From: Patescibacteria group bacterium
GTDB lineage: Bacteria > Patescibacteriota > Minisyncoccia > UBA6257 > 2-01-FULL-56-20
Length of the DNA stretch: 24,631 nt
Assembly (NCBI GenBank): GCA_038055675.1
Contig: JBBUHS010000033.1
Location: 1 to 24,631 of the forward strand
Reading direction: 5' to 3'
Both the position numbers and the translations under genes were made by a program. Every line of letters starts with the position of its first letter. Positions within the stretch are counted from its first letter, which is position 1. This document shows positions 1 through 6,617 of the stretch, one piece after another. Below the pieces are notes generated by a model. That model was given only the letters and a program-made list of their open reading frames with translations, ran no database searches and was not told where the DNA came from.

Positions 1-166
1 GAAGCCGACGCGGAGAGTTTTATTTCTCGAGAACCTCGCGCAGGCGGTTATTTTCATCCAGTCGAGACTTTCTTGTTGGAGGTCGTTGCGGAAGTCGGCG
101 GACTGAGCAACAGCAAAAACTTAGCAATATTTTATGCGTGGCCTCCAATACAAAAGTCGAGACCCC

Positions 167-195
167 TTGCCTTAACGAGGCAGATGATGTAGAAT
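167..195 (+). promoter_or_regulatory. Sigma70-type promoter of rpsO (TTGCCT-N17-TAGAAT)
   Basis: TTGCCT at 167-172 and TAGAAT at 190-195 with 17-bp spacing; ATG only 8 nt after the -10 box; no SD. Confidence 0.7.
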
Positions 196-203
196 AGACC
201 GAT

Positions 204-467
204 ATGTTAACGAAGCGCGTTAAGACTAAAGTGGCTGGCGAAGTCGCCCGTCACGACAAAGATACTGGTTCAGCCGAGGTTCAGGTAGCCATTTTGAGCC
301 GCCAGATCGAAGAACTGACCGGTCACTTAAAAAAGCACCGCAAAGATAACCACTCCCGACGTGGTCTTTTGAAGATGGTGAACCAGCGTCGAAAGCTTAT
401 GGCCTATCTGAAGCGTCGTGAACCGAAGATCTACGACAAGATTAGTAAGAAGCTTGGCCTGAAATAG
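204..467 (+). CDS. rpsO: 30S ribosomal protein S15
   Basis: 87 aa with S15 signatures HDKDTGSAEVQVAIL and HLKKHRKDNHSRRGLLKMVNQRRKLMAYL; lies upstream of pnp as in many bacteria. Confidence 0.98.
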   Translation: MLTKRVKTKVAGEVARHDKDTGSAEVQVAILSRQIEELTGHLKKHRKDNHSRRGLLKMVNQRRKLMAYLKRREPKIYDKISKKLGLK

Positions 468-627
468 ATTTTGTTCATAAAATGGCTGATTACTGCGTTA
501 TGTCCTCCGTTCCGTCCTCGATGTATTCTTAATACAGTCCGTCCGCCTCCTGGCGGAGCGGTGCTCTCTCGAGAGTACTCGAGATAAATCGGACAAGCCT
601 TGTAATTAACCATTTTCTAAACAAAAT
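468..627 (+). ncRNA. Putative structured intergenic RNA/leader between rpsO and NYN-pnp
   Basis: Closing helices 468-475/620-627, 479-485/610-616, 487-493/602-608; inner helices 501-505/591-595, 522-527/531-536, 567-573/578-584; competing pairings 542-547/552-557 versus 507-514/554-561. Confidence 0.55.
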
Positions 628-635
628 TTTCATCC

Positions 636-1214
636 ATGCGTCCTAGGAATAATTCATTTGAGAACCAGCGCGTCGGTATATTTATTGACGTTCAGAACCT
701 CTATCACTCAGCAAAGAATCTTTATCACGGCCGGGTGAACTACCCCGAGCTGATTCGTTATCTCGTTGGTGTTCGCCAACTGATTCGTTCGATGGCCTAT
801 GTCGTTAAAAGCGAGATTGGTCCCGATGCTCCAAAAGGCAAAACAGGGGAGTCTTCCCGCCCCGGAGGGGCGAGGCTCGCCTTGTCCGGAGAGGCGGCAT
901 TTTTCGAAGCTTTAGAGAAGGCTGGTCTTGAACTCCGCTGTAAGGACCTTCAGGTCTATCCCGATGGTTTGAAAAAAGCTGACTGGGATGTGGGTATGGC
1001 GGTTGATGCTATTCGCATGTCCGACTCCTTGGATGTGGTGATTCTGGTAACCGGCGACGGAGACTTTATCCCGCTCGTAGATTATCTGAAGTGGGGACAG
1101 GGAAAGTATGTGGAGGTAGCGGCATTTGGTGGCAGTGCCTCCTCGAAACTTCAGGATGTAGCAGATCGATTTATCAATATGACGAGCATTCCCCGAGTTA
1201 TCTTAAGAAAATAA
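636..1214 (+). CDS. NYN domain (LabA/DUF88, PIN-like) putative ribonuclease
   Basis: Motifs IFIDVQNLYH, KKADWDVGMAVD, ILVTGDGDFIPLV, VEVAAF...L...ADRF are typical of NYN/LabA proteins. Confidence 0.9.
   Translation: MRPRNNSFENQRVGIFIDVQNLYHSAKNLYHGRVNYPELIRYLVGVRQLIRSMAYVVKSEIGPDAPKGKTGESSRPGGARLALSGEAAFFEALEKAGLELRCKDLQVYPDGLKKADWDVGMAVDAIRMSDSLDVVILVTGDGDFIPLVDYLKWGQGKYVEVAAFGGSASSKLQDVADRFINMTSIPRVILRK
856..883 (+). repeat. GC-rich palindromic element inside the NYN coding sequence
   Basis: CGCCCC-GGA-GGGGCG (858-872) overlapping GGCGAG-G-CTCGCC; encodes the apparent extra loop SSRPGGARLALSGE. Confidence 0.4.
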
Positions 1215-1217
1215 ACT

Positions 1218-3326
1218 ATGGCAATTAATAAAAAACAGTATTCAATCGAGGTAGCCGGTAAAACATTAACGTTAGAAATCTCATCGCTGGCCGAACAAGC
1301 CAACGCCGCGGTTCTTGCCCGGTATGGAGAAACAATTGTTCTTGCTACCGCCGTTATGAACCGAGCCGACTCCTCACTCGACTACTTGCCTTTGCGGGTT
1401 GATTACGAAGAGCGTTTTTACGCTGCCGGTAAAGTTTTGGGAAGTCGTTTCATGCGTCGTGAAGGCCGTCCTTCTGAGGACGGTATTTTGACGGGCCGCT
1501 TAGTGGACCGTATTCTCCGCCCTCTTTTTGATAATCGTATCCGAAGGGATATTCAGGTGGTAACGACCGTTCTCTCCTATGACGAGGAGCATGATCCCGG
1601 TTTTGTGGCTTTGATGGCGGCTTCAGCAGCCCTCCATATCTCAGATATTCCGTGGGCCGGACCCGTTGGCGCAGTTGGCATAGCGGAAATCGAAGGAAAA
1701 ATTATTATTAATCCTGTTAAATCACAGATCAAGGATCCAAAGTGTGTTTTTGAGAGTTTTGTGGCGGGACCAAAAGGAACAATCAACATGATTGAGCTTG
1801 GCGGTCGCGAAGCAAAAGAAGAGATGGTACTTTCTTCTTTCATGGATGCTCAGAAAGAAATTGATCGCTTAGTTGATTTTATCGAAGGAATTCGCACTGA
1901 AATTGGAAAGCCAAAGACCGAAGTGAAATTGTCTGAACCAGACGAAGAACTCAAAAAGGCAGTTTTGGATTTTGTTACGCCTCGAATCAATGAAGCAGTT
2001 TTCGGAGGAGTGAAGGCTGATAAGAAAAGTGGTATCGGGGTTTTAAAGCACGAACTTTTTGAACATCTAAAAACTACTATGGTTGCCGAAGGGAAGGCTG
2101 TTAATTTCAAAGCCGCTGATTTTGTCTTTGAAGAAGAGGTAAATCAGTTAGTCCATAATGAGGCAATAAAAAACGAACACCGTCCTGACGGCCGAAAGCT
2201 TGATGAGGTCCGAGGACTGAGTGCGGAGATTAAGCTTTTTGAAAGAACGCATGGATCGGCACTCTTCACCCGTGGCAGCACTCAGGCCTTGGCTGTGGTA
2301 ACTCTTGCACCTCCGGGATCAGAGCAGTTGATTGAAGGAATGGAAACAACCGAACGCCGAAACTTTCTTCTTCACTACAACTTCCCCCCATACTCAGTTG
2401 GAGAGGTCGGAATGTTCCGTGGACCAGGCCGCCGCGAAATTGGACATGGCGCTTTAGCGATGAAGGCTATCCGAGCGATGGTGCCAACGATCGAAGAATT
2501 TCCATATACCATCCGAGTTGTTTCTGAAATCATGTCTTCGAATGGATCGTCTTCAATGGCCAGTGCGTGTGCGGCTGGTCTTGCGATGATGGATGCCGGT
2601 GTACCGATCAAAAAATTAGTAGCCGGAATTGCAATGGGTCTCATGACCGACGAAACCGGAAACTTCAAAGTTTTGACTGACATTCAGGGTCCGGAAGATC
2701 ATCATGGCGATATGGACTTCAAAGTTGCTGGAACTGATGCCGGCGTGACCGCCGTTCAACTCGATGTAAAATTCCGAGGGGTTACCAAGGAAATGATTGA
2801 GAAGACTCTGGCTCAGGCTAAGCAGGCTCGTCTCCACATCTTAGAAACTATGACAAAAGCAATCAGTGCTCCGCGATCTCAGCTTTCGAAGTATGCTCCA
2901 GCGATTGAGATGATTCGGATTAACCCAGAGAAAATCGGTATGGTCATCGGTCCTGGTGGTAAGATGATCAACGGTCTCATCAAGGCTCATGGTCTTTTAA
3001 CAATTGATATTGAGGAGGATGGCCGTGTTTATGTTTCGGCTGACGATCGAGCGAAGGTGGACAGGGCAATCCAGGAAATACAGGGACTGACCAAAGACTA
3101 TCAAGTAGGAGATATCATTGAGGGAAACATTATAAAGCTTCTAGATTTCGGAGCTATTGTTGATATTGGTGGTGGACGTGACGGCATGATTCACGTTTCC
3201 GAGCTCAAGGAGGGTTTTGTAAAAAATGTTACTGACGTAGTGAAGGAAGGAGATTTTGTTCGGGCTAAAGTCATTCGTGTGGATATGGATGGCAAGATTG
3301 GCTTGTCCTTGAAGCAACTTTCCTAA
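1218..3326 (+). CDS. pnp: Polyribonucleotide nucleotidyltransferase (PNPase)
   Basis: Two RNase PH domains (FMRREGRPS, RREIGHGALA, SNGSSSMAS, GDMDFKVAGT), a KH domain (IGPGGKMI) and a C-terminal S1 domain; 702 aa. Confidence 0.98.
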   Translation: MAINKKQYSIEVAGKTLTLEISSLAEQANAAVLARYGETIVLATAVMNRADSSLDYLPLRVDYEERFYAAGKVLGSRFMRREGRPSEDGILTGRLVDRILRPLFDNRIRRDIQVVTTVLSYDEEHDPGFVALMAASAALHISDIPWAGPVGAVGIAEIEGKIIINPVKSQIKDPKCVFESFVAGPKGTINMIELGGREAKEEMVLSSFMDAQKEIDRLVDFIEGIRTEIGKPKTEVKLSEPDEELKKAVLDFVTPRINEAVFGGVKADKKSGIGVLKHELFEHLKTTMVAEGKAVNFKAADFVFEEEVNQLVHNEAIKNEHRPDGRKLDEVRGLSAEIKLFERTHGSALFTRGSTQALAVVTLAPPGSEQLIEGMETTERRNFLLHYNFPPYSVGEVGMFRGPGRREIGHGALAMKAIRAMVPTIEEFPYTIRVVSEIMSSNGSSSMASACAAGLAMMDAGVPIKKLVAGIAMGLMTDETGNFKVLTDIQGPEDHHGDMDFKVAGTDAGVTAVQLDVKFRGVTKEMIEKTLAQAKQARLHILETMTKAISAPRSQLSKYAPAIEMIRINPEKIGMVIGPGGKMINGLIKAHGLLTIDIEEDGRVYVSADDRAKVDRAIQEIQGLTKDYQVGDIIEGNIIKLLDFGAIVDIGGGRDGMIHVSELKEGFVKNVTDVVKEGDFVRAKVIRVDMDGKIGLSLKQLS

Positions 3327-3327
3327 G

Positions 3328-3357
3328 TTGACTGACCTTCTGAAATAGGCATAGACT
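3328..3357 (+). promoter_or_regulatory. Sigma70-type promoter of the 49-aa sORF (TTGACT-N18-TAGACT)
   Basis: TTGACT at 3328-3333, TAGACT at 3352-3357; purine-rich SD GAGAGGGAG ends 6 nt before ATG 3381. Confidence 0.6.
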
Positions 3358-3380
3358 TACATTCAGAGAGGGAGCATTTT

Positions 3381-3530
3381 ATGAAGAAGCTGATGCGCGG
3401 AGTATCGTTTCTCTTGGAATTCTTTCTCATGGTCATGATGACTATCGTCTGGTGTTTGGGTGTTGCTTGGCGTCCCATTCTGCCAGTACGAGGATCGAAA
3501 TGCCAGTCTCGTCAGTCTTCGGAATCGTAA
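3381..3530 (+). CDS. Small 49-aa single-pass membrane peptide (absent from the ORF track)
   Basis: MKKLMRGVSFLLEFFLMVMMTIVWCLGVAWRPILPVRGSKCQSRQSSES; basic N-terminus then about 23 hydrophobic residues; has its own promoter, SD and terminator. Confidence 0.65.
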   Translation: MKKLMRGVSFLLEFFLMVMMTIVWCLGVAWRPILPVRGSKCQSRQSSES

Positions 3531-3563
3531 GGCTTCGGTTAAATCAAACCGGAGCTTTTTATT
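3529..3563 (+). terminator. Intrinsic terminator after the sORF
   Basis: AAGGCTTCGGTT-AAATCA-AACCGGAGCTTT stem with G-U pairs, running into TTTTTATT. Confidence 0.7.
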
Positions 3564-3591
3564 CTCAGATTATTAAGGTTTAAGGTACAAT
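3562..3591 (+). promoter_or_regulatory. Putative promoter giving a leaderless mRNA for ORF 3599
   Basis: TACAAT at 3586-3591, 7 nt before the ATG; weak -35 TTCTCA at 3562-3567 (N18). Confidence 0.5.
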
Positions 3592-3598
3592 AGTTCAT

Positions 3599-4588
3599 AT
3601 GGCAGAAGAGATAAGTTCAGAAAATCCCTTTTCCAATATTCCAACCGCACCGACAATTGAAGTCAGGACTCTTCATGGTGACGTGCAGTCAATGAGTTCG
3701 ACTGGGGGCACAACGATGCAGGTGGAGGACGTAACCGAGATGATCGGTCGGAAGGTTTCGATTCCTGTGTCTCAGAGGGAAGGAGGAGGCAACATTCTTT
3801 TTAGGATGATTGTGCTTGTTTTTACAATTTTAATTGCAGCACTCATCGTCAGTTTCATTATGAGAGCTGACTTATTGCCCCAGATTCCATTTCTAAACGG
3901 TTTTTTCGCGCAGTCTTCTTCAACTACTGCGACCACCACAACACCTCGAGAGTACGTACCCTCGGCCTCGACGGTGAATTTTGATCCCTATGCTGATATT
4001 GAAGCGTTGCGATTTTTCCGTATTGATCCTGACGCTACGCTTTTTTTGACTCTCAGTTGGGGAGCGGCCGAAAGAACGGAGGACCTACTAACATTTTCAC
4101 AAAAAGTCACAGAGAAGTTAAAAGAGGTTTCGGGATCAGCGAAATTTATTGAACTCCAGCTCACAAAAGATGGCGGCAAGCCTGCTGACACGCTCACCTT
4201 CGCGTCTCTTTCAGGGATCAACCTCTTTCCCGCGCAGTTTATGACCGAAAATTTTACTCCTCATATAGCAGCCTTCATCCATCGCAACCCTAAGGGTTCT
4301 TGGCCAGGTTATATTTTTAAGCTTCTTCCCAATAAAAACTCCCGACTTCTCGCTCCCCAGATTCAGCTTTTGGAACGATCTCCTCAAGTAGCAGCCACTC
4401 TTTTTCTTGTCTCTCCGGGAACGCCGATAGGAGGATTCGTGGGTAGTACGAGGGGAGGCTTACCCGCCCGAGAACAGACCTACACTACTCCTGGTGCCGT
4501 TATTAGTTATGCCTGGCAGGATCGCTACTTTATAATCAGCACTTCTTTTGAGGGTCTCGAGGAGGCGCTTCGTCGTCTTCAGGGTTAA
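3599..4588 (+). CDS. Hypothetical single-pass membrane protein with a large extracytoplasmic domain
   Basis: 329 aa; one hydrophobic helix (FRMIVLVFTILIAALIVSFIM), a Ser/Thr linker (SSSTTATTTT), then a globular region; no family recognised. Confidence 0.8.
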   Translation: MAEEISSENPFSNIPTAPTIEVRTLHGDVQSMSSTGGTTMQVEDVTEMIGRKVSIPVSQREGGGNILFRMIVLVFTILIAALIVSFIMRADLLPQIPFLNGFFAQSSSTTATTTTPREYVPSASTVNFDPYADIEALRFFRIDPDATLFLTLSWGAAERTEDLLTFSQKVTEKLKEVSGSAKFIELQLTKDGGKPADTLTFASLSGINLFPAQFMTENFTPHIAAFIHRNPKGSWPGYIFKLLPNKNSRLLAPQIQLLERSPQVAATLFLVSPGTPIGGFVGSTRGGLPAREQTYTTPGAVISYAWQDRYFIISTSFEGLEEALRRLQG

Positions 4589-4597
4589 GTCCTGAAC

Positions 4598-4626
4598 GAC
4601 AAAAACACCTTTGCGGGGTTTTTGTT
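4598..4626. terminator. Bidirectional terminator between convergent ORF 3599 and recA
   Basis: GACAAAAACACC-TTTGC-GGGGTTTTTGTT hairpin with A tract on the left and T tract on the right. Confidence 0.6.
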
Positions 4627-4644
4627 ATAGTGAGAAGAATATTT

Positions 4645-5694
4645 CTACTCAGTTTCAGTTTCTCCGCTACTCGATGAACTCATCTTAAAATGTTCGTCGA
4701 AAGCCTTAACGGTTGCTTTTTCAATTTCCCGAAGAGTTTTTTTATCTTCCTTTAGTTTTTCACCAACATTCGTAATACCGTTTCCCAGGCGTTCTCCTTG
4801 GAAGGAGTAACTAGCGCCGGATTTGGTAACGGTGCCATACTTGAGCCCAGTATTTAAGACGTCAGATTCATAAAGAATTCCCTGGCCATAACCGATATCA
4901 AACTCAGCGGCACGGAAGGGAGGAGCAACTTTGTTTTTCACTACCTTCACTTTTGTTCGGTTACCGATTACATCTTCTCCTTTTTTAACTTGGGCGATAC
5001 GACGAACATCGAGGCGGACAGAAGCGGCAAATTTCAGTGCCATGCCGCCAGGCGTAGTTTCGGGGTTTCCAAACATAATACCAATCTTCATGCGAAGCTG
5101 GTTGATGAAAATAATCAGCGTTCCGGTTTTGGCGGCCAAAGCCGTCAACTTTCTAAGGGCTTGGGCCATCATTCGGGCCTGACGACCAACGTGCTGAGCT
5201 CCCATTTCGCCGTCGATCTCCGCCTGAGGAGTCAGAGCTGCCACTGAGTCTACCACCACCACAGAGATCATCTGTGAACGAACTAAACTTTCTAAAATAT
5301 TCAGAGCTTCTTCGCCACTTTCCGGCTGAGAGACTAACAGTTCATTTGTGTTTACGCCGATTCGTTTTGCGTACTCTGGGTCTAGGGCGTGCTCGGCATC
5401 GATAAAAGCAGCCTTACCACCCTGTTTCTGAGCCTGGGCTACCACATGAAGAGCGAGTGTTGTTTTACCGCTGGATTCTGGTCCGTAAATTTCTACGACC
5501 CGTCCGCGGGGCATACCACCAACGCCAAGAGCGAGGTCTAGTGAGAATGATCCGGTGGGAATTATGGCAACGTCCACCTTGGGAGTTTCACCGAGCTTCA
5601 TAATTGCACCCTCGCCGTACTTTTCTTGGAGATCGTGGATCAAACTAGTGAGTTCGTCCTTATTACTTTTCTTTTCTTCTTTAGTTTTTGCCAT
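4645..5694 (-). CDS. recA: Recombinase RecA (likely start is the second ATG, MAKTKEE)
   Basis: Walker [48 protein letters not shown]; the track's first ATG (5703) overlaps a -10 box. Confidence 0.98.
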   Translation of the reverse strand: MAKTKEEKKSNKDELTSLIHDLQEKYGEGAIMKLGETPKVDVAIIPTGSFSLDLALGVGGMPRGRVVEIYGPESSGKTTLALHVVAQAQKQGGKAAFIDAEHALDPEYAKRIGVNTNELLVSQPESGEEALNILESLVRSQMISVVVVDSVAALTPQAEIDGEMGAQHVGRQARMMAQALRKLTALAAKTGTLIIFINQLRMKIGIMFGNPETTPGGMALKFAASVRLDVRRIAQVKKGEDVIGNRTKVKVVKNKVAPPFRAAEFDIGYGQGILYESDVLNTGLKYGTVTKSGASYSFQGERLGNGITNVGEKLKEDKKTLREIEKATVKAFDEHFKMSSSSSGETETE

Positions 5695-5701
5695 GGAGTC
5701 C

Positions 5702-5730
5702 ATTGTATCACAAGATCTTTTTTGTCTTAA
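5702..5730 (-). promoter_or_regulatory. Proximal recA promoter, extended -10 (TGaTACAAT), leaderless
   Basis: Minus-strand TGA-TACAAT with -10 at 5707-5702, 7 nt before ATG 5694; weak -35 TTAAGA at 17 bp. Confidence 0.6.
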
Positions 5731-5759
5731 AAATGTATATAAAAACTCGACTTCCCCTC

Positions 5760-5789
5760 ATTTTAGGGGATAGAGCATATTGTTGTCAA
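5760..5789 (-). promoter_or_regulatory. Distal recA promoter (TTGACA-N18-TAAAAT), both boxes overlapped by inverted repeats
   Basis: TTGACA at 5789-5784 and TAAAAT at 5765-5760; inverted repeats TGTTGT-N9-ACAACA (5781-5801) and TCCCCT-N6-AGGGGA (5753-5770). Confidence 0.65.
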
Positions 5790-5820
5790 CTATCTACAAC
5801 AGTATAGACGAAGGCCGGAG

Positions 5821-6576
5821 TTACTCCTCCCTTTCTGAGGAGGTCGTATTTTCGGTTGAGGAAGAGCTTCCTCCGTTGGTTGAAGAGGTGTTTTTTATTG
5901 AGGATGAGGCACTTGGTGTATAGATAATCTGACGGAGTACTCTGATCTCCTGACCGAGGAACTTTTTGGCCTGAAGTTCAATCGTATTCATTCCTTCTTG
6001 GAGAGCGATGTCTTTTTGCCAGAAACCATTTTCATCCAAAGACACTCGTTCGCCGTTGATAAAAAACTCATCGCCATTTTTAACACTGCCAATTGTGGTA
6101 ACCGGTGTAACGCTCACGGTACTGACTGCTTCAGTTGGAAAACCGATTTCTAGTCTCGGTTGGCCGACGACTTCAGGAAGTCGGAAAAGGAGATAAATAG
6201 CGAGGAGGGCTCCTACTCCTGCGATCCAGACAATACCTTTTTTTGAGGAGAGAACTCGACGCGCCACGGGAAGGCGATCGTTTTTCCCAGAACCAACAGT
6301 CAGTTCATCGGTGTGAATGTTGTTCCAAACCTCTTGTCCATTAAAGTCCAGTATTCGGCCAATGATGATTATGTAGTTTCTGAGATAAGGAGCGGGAGGA
6401 AATTTCTCGGTATTGCCGCCGCTCATGTGTTCCAAATACTTGAGGGCAATGCCAGAAGTCTCGGAAAGTTTCCGGACGGTCATTCCTTTTCGTCTCAGGC
6501 CTTCATTAATAAGAAGGGCGAGTTGGGCTTCTGGATGGCTTGCGTTTGTGTCTGCCGTTTCTTCGCGGGGTGGCAT
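5821..6576 (-). CDS. RodZ-like protein: XRE/HTH_25 helix-turn-helix, transmembrane helix, Ig-like extracytoplasmic domain
   Basis: N-terminal GMTVRKLSETSGIALKYLEHMSGG...FPPAPYLRNYI matches the RodZ HTH pattern; TM IVWIAGVGALLAIYLLF; position between ftsK and recA. Confidence 0.75.
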   Translation of the reverse strand: MPPREETADTNASHPEAQLALLINEGLRRKGMTVRKLSETSGIALKYLEHMSGGNTEKFPPAPYLRNYIIIIGRILDFNGQEVWNNIHTDELTVGSGKNDRLPVARRVLSSKKGIVWIAGVGALLAIYLLFRLPEVVGQPRLEIGFPTEAVSTVSVTPVTTIGSVKNGDEFFINGERVSLDENGFWQKDIALQEGMNTIELQAKKFLGQEIRVLRQIIYTPSASSSIKNTSSTNGGSSSSTENTTSSEREE

Positions 6577-6585
6577 ATAGCCCTT

Positions 6586-6614
6586 AGCTTATCCGCACCA
6601 GTGACTAAAGACAA
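6586..6614 (-). promoter_or_regulatory. Promoter of the RodZ-like gene (TTGTCT-N17-TAAGCT)
   Basis: -35 at 6614-6609, -10 at 6591-6586, 9 nt before ATG 6576; no SD. Confidence 0.6.
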
Positions 6615-6617
6615 GCA

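Noticed and set aside
1-192. Open frames at the window start (+1 frame of 63 codons; minus-strand MKITACARF...)
   Set aside because: No recognisable motifs or supported start; the + frame overlaps the rpsO promoter; the flank is missing.
431-613. 60-aa minus-strand ORF in the rpsO-NYN gap
   Set aside because: Antisense to the rpsO end and to the structured element; no initiation signals or protein-like pattern.
5022-5035. RecA KFAAS instead of the usual KFYAS
   Set aside because: A single substitution with all catalytic motifs intact; significance cannot be judged without an alignment.
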